Shown in pieces: positions 1 through 8,149 of a stretch of DNA of 64,000 bases (positions are counted from its first letter, which is position 1; each line of letters starts with the position of its first letter). Under the pieces are notes generated by a model. It ran no database searches. It had not been told where the DNA came from and was given only the letters and a program-made list of their open reading frames with translations. The position numbers and the translations under genes were made by a program. The stretch comes from Candidatus Niyogibacteria bacterium (GTDB taxonomy: Bacteria; Patescibacteriota; Minisyncoccia; JACROR01): positions 11,907-75,906 of the forward strand of contig JACPLO010000001.1 of the NCBI GenBank assembly GCA_016186495.1. The letters run 5' to 3'.

Positions 1-126
1 GGCGGGTCGGCGATGGCGGCGCTTTTCGGCGCGTTGGGAATTTTAGAAAGCATGCGGCGTTATTCTCTGGAAATGCCGGGCAACAACCATAAAAATATTT
101 TAGATGAACGGGAATTTCAAATTTGA
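1..126 (+). CDS. 3' end of a probable FtsW/RodA (SEDS) family protein, partial
   Basis: Manual translation of frame 1: GGSAMAALFGALGILESMRRYSLEMPGNNHKNILDEREFQI*. GGS followed by a hydrophobic helix matches the SEDS C-terminal (SY)GGS motif. Confidence 0.5.
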   Translation, partial: GGSAMAALFGALGILESMRRYSLEMPGNNHKNILDEREFQI

Positions 127-135
127 ATATATGAA

Positions 136-255
136 TCCCGTTAGAAATCGTGGACGCATAATTATAATATATAATGCCGATAAAACATTAAAATTTATAA
201 GTAATATCGTAGAACGCGCAGCGCTTTTAGTGTCCGCGTCCTATTTCTAATGGGA
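136..255. mobile_element. Palindromic mini-element copy 1 (120 bp) inserted at the leuS start
   Basis: Ends TCCCGTTAGAAAT / ATTTCTAATGGGA, inner GGACGC/GCGTCC pairing, TGAA on both sides (132-135, 256-259). Confidence 0.8.
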
Positions 256-2669
256 TGAAACAATACAATCATAAAGCAATAGAAAAAAAATGGCGCGAGA
301 AATGGCAAAAAAACGGGCTTTATAGAACCGAAGAGAATTTTAAAAAATCCAAAAGTTATGTTTTGGATATGTTTCCTTATCCTTCGGGCGAAGGACTTCA
401 TGTGGGGCATCCGAAGGGGTATATCGCGACTGATATTTATTCGCGCTGCCAAAAAATGAAAGGCAAAAATATCTTGCGGCCAATGGGGTGGGACGCGTTC
501 GGGCTGCCGGCGGAAAACTACGCTCTTGAACACAAGATTCATCCTAAAGCGGCGGTGGATAAAAACATAAAAAGATTTAAAAAACAGCTGTCTCTTTTAG
601 GCTTTAATTATGATTGGTCGCGCGAGATTAACACCACGGATCCGGATTATTACAAATGGACCCAGTGGATTTTTCTAAAACTTTTTGAAAAAGGATTGGC
701 TTACGAGTCAAATGAGCCGATTAATTGGTGTCCGTCGTGCCTGACCGGCTTGGCTAATGAGGATTTGGAAGGAAATGTTTGCGAGCGGTGCGGCAGCGCG
801 GTGGAAAAAAAACCTCTGCGGCAGTGGATGTTAAAAATCACCGATTACGCGGAGCGTTTATTGGAAGATTTGGAAGAACTAAATTGGCCGGAATCCATTA
901 AAGAATCGCAGAGGAATTGGATCGGAAAAAGTCAGGGAGCGGAAATAGATTTTGGCGTTGTCGGGAATAATGAAAAAATAACAGTTTTTACCACGCGTCC
1001 CGACACGCTTTTTGGCGCTACTTATTGCGTGCTTTCTCCGGAACACAAAATAATTAAAAATTTAAAATTTAAAATTAAAAATTACAGTGAGATCAATGAA
1101 TACATTGAAAAAGCGGCGGCTAAATCCGAAATTGAACGAATTGCCGAGGATAAAGAAAAAACCGGCGTGGAATTAAAGGGGATTAAGGCGATTAATCCGG
1201 CGAATAACGAAGAATTGCCGGTTTTCATCGCGGATTACGTGCTGATTCATTACGGTACGGGCGCGATTATGGCCGTGCCGGCGCATGATGAACGGGATTG
1301 GCAATTTGCCAAGAAATTCAATTTGCCGATTAAACAGGTAATCTGCCAGTTTTATCCGGAACCTAAATGTCCGGTTCTGGATAACGCTTATCTCGGCGGG
1401 GGAAAGCTGGTGCAATCCGGAAAGTTTAATGGAATGGATTCTGAAAAAGCAAAAAAAGAAATCACCAAGTTTGTCAACGGAAAAATTGCCGTTAAATATA
1501 AATTGCGCGATTGGGTATTTTCCCGCCAGCGTTATTGGGGCGAACCGATTCCGATTATCCATTGCGAAAAATGCGGGGCCGTGGCGGTGCCGGAAAAAGA
1601 TTTGCCGGTGAAGTTGCCTAAAGTCAAACATTATGAGCCGACAGGCACGGGAGAATCGCCGTTGGCGGGGATAAAAAATTGGATGAAAACAAAGTGCCCG
1701 AAGTGCGGCGGAAAAGGAAAAAGGGAAACCAACACGATGCCGCAATGGGCGGGCTCGTCCTGGTATTATCTTCGTTATCTTGATCCGAAGAATGATCAGG
1801 CGCTTGTTGACAAGAAAAAAGAAAAATATTGGTCGCCGGTTGACGTGTACGCGGGCGGAGCGGAGCACGCGACGCGCCATTTGATTTACGCGCGTTTTTG
1901 GCATAAATTTCTCTATGACCTCGGGGCGGTGAATTATTCCGAACCTTTTAAGCGCCTTCAAAACGTGGGATTGATTATTGCCGAAGACGGCCGAAAAATG
2001 AGCAAACGTTACGGTAATATCATTAATCCCGACGATATCGTGGAAGTTTACGGCGCCGACACTTTACGGATTTATGAAATGTTTATGGGGCAGTTTGATC
2101 AGGCGGCCAACTGGAACACCGAAAGCATTATCGGGGCAAGAAGATTTTTGGAAAAGATTTGGCGATTAGCGGAAAAAATCGGGAAGCCGGAACCGCGGAT
2201 TAAGAACAAAAGAATTGAATATTTAATTAATCAAACCATTAAGAAAGTCGGCGAGGATATTGAAGAATTTAAATTTAACACCGCGATCGCTCAAATGATG
2301 ATTTTATTAAATGAGCTGGAAAAAAGCGGAACAACGCCGAAAAATGTTTTTGAGCCGTTTCTTAAAATTCTCGCGCCGTTCGCGCCGCATCTTAGCGAAG
2401 AACTCTGGGAAAAAATGGGAAACAAAACTTCGGTTCATTCGGCAAAATGGCCGGAGTACGATCCAAAAATGATTAAGGAAAAAATTTTTGAATTGGTGAT
2501 TCAAATAAACGGCAAAGTGCGGGCAAAAATGGAAGCGCCGGTTGAAGCGAGCAAAACCGAACTTCAAGAGCTGGCGCTCAATCATCCCGTTATAAAAGAA
2601 AAATTAGCCGCCACCGCGCCTAAAAAAATAATCGTCGTCCCCGGCCGCTTGGTAAATGTGGTTGTTTAA
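255..2669 (+). CDS. leuS: Leucine--tRNA ligase
   Basis: MFPYPSGEGLHVGH, FTTRPDTLFG editing domain, KMSKR motif; 804 aa. Confidence 0.98.
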   Translation: MKQYNHKAIEKKWREKWQKNGLYRTEENFKKSKSYVLDMFPYPSGEGLHVGHPKGYIATDIYSRCQKMKGKNILRPMGWDAFGLPAENYALEHKIHPKAAVDKNIKRFKKQLSLLGFNYDWSREINTTDPDYYKWTQWIFLKLFEKGLAYESNEPINWCPSCLTGLANEDLEGNVCERCGSAVEKKPLRQWMLKITDYAERLLEDLEELNWPESIKESQRNWIGKSQGAEIDFGVVGNNEKITVFTTRPDTLFGATYCVLSPEHKIIKNLKFKIKNYSEINEYIEKAAAKSEIERIAEDKEKTGVELKGIKAINPANNEELPVFIADYVLIHYGTGAIMAVPAHDERDWQFAKKFNLPIKQVICQFYPEPKCPVLDNAYLGGGKLVQSGKFNGMDSEKAKKEITKFVNGKIAVKYKLRDWVFSRQRYWGEPIPIIHCEKCGAVAVPEKDLPVKLPKVKHYEPTGTGESPLAGIKNWMKTKCPKCGGKGKRETNTMPQWAGSSWYYLRYLDPKNDQALVDKKKEKYWSPVDVYAGGAEHATRHLIYARFWHKFLYDLGAVNYSEPFKRLQNVGLIIAEDGRKMSKRYGNIINPDDIVEVYGADTLRIYEMFMGQFDQAANWNTESIIGARRFLEKIWRLAEKIGKPEPRIKNKRIEYLINQTIKKVGEDIEEFKFNTAIAQMMILLNELEKSGTTPKNVFEPFLKILAPFAPHLSEELWEKMGNKTSVHSAKWPEYDPKMIKEKIFELVIQINGKVRAKMEAPVEASKTELQELALNHPVIKEKLAATAPKKIIVVPGRLVNVVV

Positions 2670-2725
2670 ATATCAATACTATTTGTTTTTACTGGTGTAA
2701 ATAAAGATATGACAAATAAGTAATT

Positions 2726-2752
2726 AAAAATGGCTTTAAATAAGCCATTTTT
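2726..2752. terminator. Intrinsic terminator after leuS
   Basis: AAAAATGGCTT-TAAAT-AAGCCATTTTT hairpin with A/T tails. Confidence 0.65.
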
Positions 2753-2755
2753 AAG

Positions 2756-2811
2756 TTATCCACAATTTTTGCAGAAAATACTTTGACAAAATAATAAAAA
2801 GTTTTTAAACT
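2756..2811 (+). promoter_or_regulatory. DnaA box plus sigma70 promoter, probably leaderless
   Basis: TTATCCACA at 2756-2764; TTGACA (2783-2788), 17 nt spacer, TAAACT (2806-2811); ATG 6 nt downstream. Confidence 0.6.
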
Positions 2812-2817
2812 GGAAAG

Positions 2818-3573
2818 ATGCTTGCTAAAATAATTCCGCTCTTAAAATCTATCGGGCTTAATGATAAAGAAATAGCGGTTTATTCGGCGATTTTGCCTTT
2901 AGGTTCGGTTTCTATCCGCGTTATTGCCGAGAAAACCGGCATTAACCGCGGCACGGTCTATGATATTTTAGAATTGCTTTCCGCAAAAGGGCTGATTTCT
3001 TCGGAAAAGCGCGGCGCGAAAAGAAAATTTATTGTGGAATCTCCGGAAAAAGTTTTAGAAGAGTTGGAAAAAAAAGAAAAGATGATTCAGTTTCAAAAAC
3101 AAAAAGTTCAGGAAGCAATGCCAACTTTTTTGTCTTTTTACGCCAAGCAAGGCGGCCGGCCCACGGTGGAATATTTTGACGACGACCAGGGGATTAAAAT
3201 GATTTTGGAAGATGTTTTGGAAATTAACCGTAAATTGGAAGAAAAGATGACTTATGTTTATTCTTCGCGGCCGGTCAGGGATTATCTTTACCGCCTTTTT
3301 CCTGAATTTACCAAAGAAAAAATAAAACAAGGCATCAAAACAAAAGTCGTGGCGCTGGGAGCCGGCGGCGATCCTAAGAATTTAAAAATGGCGGAACGCC
3401 GATGGCTGAAAGACGAAGCGCCGGCTTATTTTTTGCTTTACGGCCCGAAAATCGCCTTAATTTCGGTCGCGGAAGATGAAAAGCCGTTTGGAGTGGTTGT
3501 CAGCGACGAAAAAATCGCCAAGACGCAAAAAATTATTTTTGAATCCCTTTGGGAAAGATTAAAAGAGAAGTAA
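2818..3573 (+). CDS. TrmB-family transcriptional regulator
   Basis: N-terminal LKSIGLNDKEIAVY...IAEKTGINRGTVYDILELL winged HTH with TrmB architecture. Confidence 0.85.
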   Translation: MLAKIIPLLKSIGLNDKEIAVYSAILPLGSVSIRVIAEKTGINRGTVYDILELLSAKGLISSEKRGAKRKFIVESPEKVLEELEKKEKMIQFQKQKVQEAMPTFLSFYAKQGGRPTVEYFDDDQGIKMILEDVLEINRKLEEKMTYVYSSRPVRDYLYRLFPEFTKEKIKQGIKTKVVALGAGGDPKNLKMAERRWLKDEAPAYFLLYGPKIALISVAEDEKPFGVVVSDEKIAKTQKIIFESLWERLKEK

Positions 3574-3611
3574 TACTATTATTGTGAAATTATAAAGTTT
3601 TAAATAAGCTT

Positions 3612-3774
3612 AAAGCTCGGAAATACCTGACTTTCAAGACACATTTTGCTCGCTCCTGCGGCTCGCTTCATTCTATCCTCGGCGAAAAAATTTTTTGTTA
3701 AAGAAATATTATAACAAAAAATACCAATCTTTTTCGCCTGCGGGCGGTCTTGAAAGTCAGTATTTCCTCGCTTT
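3612..3774. repeat. Long imperfect palindrome (MITE-like or structured RNA) upstream of glmS
   Basis: AAAGC-TC-GGAAATAC-C-TGACTTTCAAGAC pairs with GTCTTGAAAGTCA-GTATTTCC-TC-GCTTT; inner stems GGCGAAAAA/TTTTTCGCC and TTTTTGTTA/TAACAAAAA. Confidence 0.75.
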
Positions 3775-3815
3775 TTTGAATTTCATGATAAGTATAAGTA
3801 ATAAATATAAATAGC

Positions 3816-5648
3816 ATGTGCGGCATCGTAGGTTACATCGGCGATAAAAACGCGATTAAAATAGCGCTTGAAGGAATCAAGCGCTTGGAATATCGCGGTT
3901 ACGACAGCGCCGGAGTGGTTGGTTTGGCCAAAGCCGGCGGCAAGCCGTTTTTTAAAAAATCCGCGGGAAGAATTTCCGTTCTTGAAGCAAAAATCAAAAA
4001 AATTCCTCAAGCTTCCTGCGCTATCGCCCATACGCGCTGGGCCACCCACGGCGAGCCTACGGTTGCCAACGCCCATCCCCATTCTTGCTGCCGAGAAGAA
4101 ATTTTTGTGGTCCATAACGGCATTATTGAGAACCATAATTTTTTAAGAGGCGCGCTGGAGCGCGAAGGCCATATTTTCAAATCCGAAACTGACACGGAAG
4201 TTTTAGCTCATTTAATTGAAAGAAGTTCTGACGCGAATGGTTTAGAGAGCGCAGTTAGGGAAGCGCTCCGCCATGTTAAAGGAACTTTTGGCTTAGCGGC
4301 GGTCAGCCGCCGTTATCCGGACCGATTAGTGGCGGCTCGCCGCGGCTCGCCGCTTTTAGTGGGAGTGGGGGAAGGTGAATATTTTTTAGCTTCGGACGCG
4401 GCGGCTTTAGTCAATTATACGAAGCGGGTAATTTATTTAAATGACAATGAAATGGCGGTTTTAACTTCCAAAGGATGCGATATTTTTGATTTTTCCAAAA
4501 AGAAAATTTCCAAAACCATTGATACGATTGATTGGGATTTGGAAGAATCGCAAAAAGGCGGCTACGCTCATTTTATGGAAAAAGAAATTTTTGAAGCGCC
4601 GCAGGTTATAAAAAACACCATTGGCGGCCGGATCATCGCCAAAGAAGGCGAGGTAAAACTGGGCGGTTTAGAGCCGATTGAAGATCAGCTTTACGATATT
4701 AACCGTTTGGTGGTCGTTGCTTGCGGCACTTCTTATTATTCCGCTTTGATTGGAAAATATTTATTTGAAGAATTTGCCGGTTTGCCGGTAGAAGTGGAAT
4801 ATGCTTCCGAATTCCGCTATCATTCTTTGCCGCTCGGCAAACGTACGGCGGTTTTGGCGATTTCTCAATCCGGCGAGACCGCCGACACTTTGGAAGCGAT
4901 CAGAGAAGCTAATCGAAAAGGCGCTTTAACTTTAGGAATTGTTAATATAGTGGGTTCTTCCATCGCGCGCGAAGTAAGAGCCGGCGTTTATAATCACGCG
5001 GGGCCGGAAATCGCGGTTGCTTCCACTAAAGCGTTTTTATCGCAATTGACGGTTTTAACTCTGATGGCGGTTTATTTCGGCCGCTTGAGGTATTTGGAAA
5101 AAGAAGAAGCAAAAAAAATTCTGGCTGATTTACTTTCGCTTTCCGGAAAAATTGAATATCTTTTTCGCCAAGCCGGCGCCATTAAAAAAATCGCCGCGAA
5201 ATTCAAGGATTCTTTAAATTTTCTGTATTTGGGGAGAAAATATAATTGGCCCGTGGCTTTGGAAGGCGCGCTAAAATTGAAAGAAATTTCTTATATTCAC
5301 GCCGAGGGTTATCCGGCCGGCGAAATGAAACACGGCCCGATCGCGGTCATTGAGCCTTCTTTTCCGACAATCGCCATTGCTCTGAAAGACAGCGTTTACG
5401 AGAAAGTTTTATCCAACGTGGAAGAAATCAAAGCGCGCAAAGGAAAAGTGATTTTGATTTGCGAGGAAAAAGACCGGCGGGCGGCGGCGATCGCCGATGA
5501 AGCGATTTTTATTCCCAAAGTCAGCGAGCCGCTTTCGCCGATTCTTTCGGTGATTCCCCTCCAGCTCTTCGCTTATTATCTGGCGGTTTTAAAAGGGTAT
5601 GACGTTGATAAACCGCGTAATTTAGCCAAAAGCGTTACGGTTGAATAA
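3816..5648 (+). CDS. glmS: Glutamine--fructose-6-phosphate aminotransferase
   Basis: MCGIVG start, RWATHG, SQSGETADT, C-terminal PRNLAKSVTVE. Confidence 0.98.
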   Translation: MCGIVGYIGDKNAIKIALEGIKRLEYRGYDSAGVVGLAKAGGKPFFKKSAGRISVLEAKIKKIPQASCAIAHTRWATHGEPTVANAHPHSCCREEIFVVHNGIIENHNFLRGALEREGHIFKSETDTEVLAHLIERSSDANGLESAVREALRHVKGTFGLAAVSRRYPDRLVAARRGSPLLVGVGEGEYFLASDAAALVNYTKRVIYLNDNEMAVLTSKGCDIFDFSKKKISKTIDTIDWDLEESQKGGYAHFMEKEIFEAPQVIKNTIGGRIIAKEGEVKLGGLEPIEDQLYDINRLVVVACGTSYYSALIGKYLFEEFAGLPVEVEYASEFRYHSLPLGKRTAVLAISQSGETADTLEAIREANRKGALTLGIVNIVGSSIAREVRAGVYNHAGPEIAVASTKAFLSQLTVLTLMAVYFGRLRYLEKEEAKKILADLLSLSGKIEYLFRQAGAIKKIAAKFKDSLNFLYLGRKYNWPVALEGALKLKEISYIHAEGYPAGEMKHGPIAVIEPSFPTIAIALKDSVYEKVLSNVEEIKARKGKVILICEEKDRRAAAIADEAIFIPKVSEPLSPILSVIPLQLFAYYLAVLKGYDVDKPRNLAKSVTVE

Positions 5649-5790
5649 AATGATTATATTTATTTAAAAAAACAAAACTGTTGCATTTTTTAATGAGGTA
5701 TGTTATTATATTTTTAGTATAGATTTTTGACAGTTAAATTTGACAGTTATAAAAATGGCAATTATGCCTTAAATAATAAGGAGGTAAGCA

Positions 5791-6303
5791 ATGCGACAGT
5801 ATGAATTGGAAGATGTAAAGGCTTATACAAGATCATTTTTAGGTGTGATATGTGTCGGTTTTCTGTTTATTTTGTTTAGTCTTATTTTTAGATTGATATT
5901 TGTCAATTTCGTTGACAACTATGAAATTGGTTATAGATATGAGACTTTTGGTGAGAATGCTGGCAAGGTTTCGGCACTTTCCAGAACAGGTTATTTCATT
6001 ACTTGGCCATTCAAAACTAAAATTCACACAATTGACGGACGCCCAATGCAGGTTTGTATCAGTTCAATCAACCGCGTACTGAATTGCAAATTAGTCCAGT
6101 TTAATCCAAAGGGGGTTGACCTATTTATTTCTTGGCATGGGCGCGGCAATTACGATAATGTAAGCACAACTCATGGACCGTCGCTATTAAATCAGATCCT
6201 TATGGCTTATGCTTATGAGGGTAGCGGCAAGGAGTATCCGTTTCTTACTATTATCCGCGAGTTGAAACCATCTGAAATTCAAATTCAGGAGGTCAAAAAG
6301 TGA
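5791..6303 (+). CDS. Membrane-anchored hypothetical protein with an SPFH-like N-terminal segment
   Basis: Strong SD (AAGGAGGT), N-terminal TM helix, VDNYEIG...GYFITWPF...IDGRP; paralogous to the next ORF. Confidence 0.6.
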   Translation: MRQYELEDVKAYTRSFLGVICVGFLFILFSLIFRLIFVNFVDNYEIGYRYETFGENAGKVSALSRTGYFITWPFKTKIHTIDGRPMQVCISSINRVLNCKLVQFNPKGVDLFISWHGRGNYDNVSTTHGPSLLNQILMAYAYEGSGKEYPFLTIIRELKPSEIQIQEVKK

Positions 6304-6743
6304 AGAAATTGCGTGTCGCTGGGATTACTTGCTTGGCGGCGTTAGTTCTTTTTTGGCTTATCTGCGTTCATTATGCAGAAGTAAACCAGTTGGGCATCCG
6401 CTGGAATTTCGTTACCGGCGAAATAAGCGCAGATATTCATAAAGGAATTAATGTAACGCCGCCTTGGGTTCTTGTCTCTCTTATTAACACGCACCCAATG
6501 AGGGTGTGTGTTACAACCTCCGGAAGAGGATTTAACTGCCGCCTAATTCAGTTTCAATCGAAATATTACCGCGAATTTGTTGAAACTGAAGGTTTCCGTT
6601 ATTGGTGGTGGGCAAATCGTATTTCTTTCAATTTTGGATATTCCGAGGAGTATCGAGGAATGAAAGATCTCTTGCGAGGATATTCTTATGGTGTCAAACA
6701 ATATTCGTTTGTAAAAACTTTGAAAGAATATCAAGAAGAATAA
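6300..6743 (+). CDS. Membrane-anchored hypothetical protein, paralog of 5791-6303
   Basis: GTGA overlap, SD GGAGG, shared PM.VC.....R..NC.L.QF motif. Confidence 0.6.
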   Translation: MKKLRVAGITCLAALVLFWLICVHYAEVNQLGIRWNFVTGEISADIHKGINVTPPWVLVSLINTHPMRVCVTTSGRGFNCRLIQFQSKYYREFVETEGFRYWWWANRISFNFGYSEEYRGMKDLLRGYSYGVKQYSFVKTLKEYQEE

Positions 6744-6748
6744 ATATG

Positions 6749-6785
6749 AGCCTGGATTCGCTAACGCGACGCTCCAGGCTTTTTT
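6749..6785 (+). terminator. Intrinsic terminator
   Basis: AGCCTGGA...TCCAGGCT stem followed by a T-run. Confidence 0.7.
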
Positions 6786-6934
6786 ATTTTATGCTAAAAG
6801 TAACTATTGATTAAACTGAATTTTTATTTTAATATCTCAATCAGTAATCGCGCGCTTAAAATGCGCGTTTCAGCAAATTTAAAAACAATGGATTATCCAT
6901 TTATAAGGAAGAAAAAAATGAAAGGAGGAATAAA

Positions 6935-8035
6935 ATGATTCTGCCCTATCAGCATTTAATCAGCGCGGTGGACGGCAAAAAGCCGATAGTTTTAGCCGAG
7001 CCGAAGATTTTAAAAAAACAAATTCAAGCGGCGACGATTGACTGCCGTTTGGGAGAAAGAATTTTTCGGATAAGCACTTCAATGATTCCCCAATCAAATG
7101 AAAAAATCAGCGAGCTTATCAAGAAATATTGCATTTACGATTTTAAAATAAAAGAAGGCTCGGTTTTAGAGCCGAACGCCTGTTACCTTATTCCTTTAAG
7201 GGAAGAATTAAAGCTTCCGAAAGAGTTCTTCGCCGTGTTCAGCCCGAAAAGTTCAAGCGGCCGGGTGGATACTTTCATCAGAGTTTTAAGCGATAATTTT
7301 TCCAGATACGATATTGTTTCTTATGGCTATCAGGGAAAACTTTATCTGGAAATTATTCCGCTTTCCTTTCTTATCGGGATTGCGCCCGCCATTGAATTAG
7401 TTCAATTAAGGATCAAGAGCAGAGACAGTTTTCTTTCAAATGAAGAATTGCGTTTGGCGCACGTCAAACACGGCTTGGTTTATTCGAATAATGGAGAATT
7501 ATTAGATGCTGACGAAATAGTTTTGCAGAGTGGAAGCGTTCAGTTCAGCATTGATCTTAGCGGAAGGGAAATCGTGGGGTTTAAAGCAAAAAGAAATCCC
7601 ACTGATAAAATTGATCTTTTCCGCAAGAATTATTATGAAGCGGAAAATTTTTGGATTCCCATTCAAAGGCCGAAAAATCGCGAATTAGTTCTGACGCCCG
7701 GCGATTTTTATCTTTTAACGACAAAAGAAAAGATAAAAATCCCGCCGGAGTACGCCGCGGAAATTATGGTGTACGATGTTACTGCCGGGGAATTACGGAC
7801 TCATTACGCGGGATTTTTTGATCCCGGCTTTGGGGGAGAATTTGGCACAAACGTGGTTTTGGAGGTCAGGGCAAGGGACGTTCCTTTTCGGCTTTTTGAC
7901 GGCCAGCCGATTTGCCGGATGGTTTTTGAAAAAATGCTGGAAACGCCGGAAAAAATTTATGGAGAAGGATTTGGTTCCCATTATACCGGCAGCGGGCCTT
8001 CTTTAAGCAAGCATTTTAAAAAAGCATGGCGGTAA
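6935..8035 (+). CDS. dcd: dCTP deaminase (long, two-domain type)
   Basis: QIQAATIDCRLG, SPKSSSGRVD, HYAGFFDPGFG motifs. Confidence 0.85.
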   Translation: MILPYQHLISAVDGKKPIVLAEPKILKKQIQAATIDCRLGERIFRISTSMIPQSNEKISELIKKYCIYDFKIKEGSVLEPNACYLIPLREELKLPKEFFAVFSPKSSSGRVDTFIRVLSDNFSRYDIVSYGYQGKLYLEIIPLSFLIGIAPAIELVQLRIKSRDSFLSNEELRLAHVKHGLVYSNNGELLDADEIVLQSGSVQFSIDLSGREIVGFKAKRNPTDKIDLFRKNYYEAENFWIPIQRPKNRELVLTPGDFYLLTTKEKIKIPPEYAAEIMVYDVTAGELRTHYAGFFDPGFGGEFGTNVVLEVRARDVPFRLFDGQPICRMVFEKMLETPEKIYGEGFGSHYTGSGPSLSKHFKKAWR

Positions 8036-8044
8036 TTTTGCCGC

Positions 8045-8082
8045 AAAATCCGGATATTTCTAAAATATTCGGATTTTTTTTT
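8045..8082 (+). terminator. Intrinsic terminator
   Basis: AAAATCCGGATATTT / AAATATTCGGATTTT stem plus T-run. Confidence 0.65.
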
Positions 8083-8149
8083 GTTGTTTTACGGCTTAAT
8101 TATTGTTATAGTGTAATCAGGAAAATTCTTTCGCTAAACTGACATATAA

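Noticed and set aside
2583-2600. TCATCCCGTTATAAAAG inside leuS looks like a left arm of the palindromic element
   Set aside because: No matching TAACGGG arm nearby and no evident insertion in the protein.
3600-3815. glmS ribozyme
   Set aside because: The position fits, but the conserved ribozyme core is not recognisable; the region is a long palindrome instead.
5620-5790. Tn7 insertion at the glmS attachment site
   Set aside because: No Tn7 end with repeated TnsB sites and no tns genes in the window.
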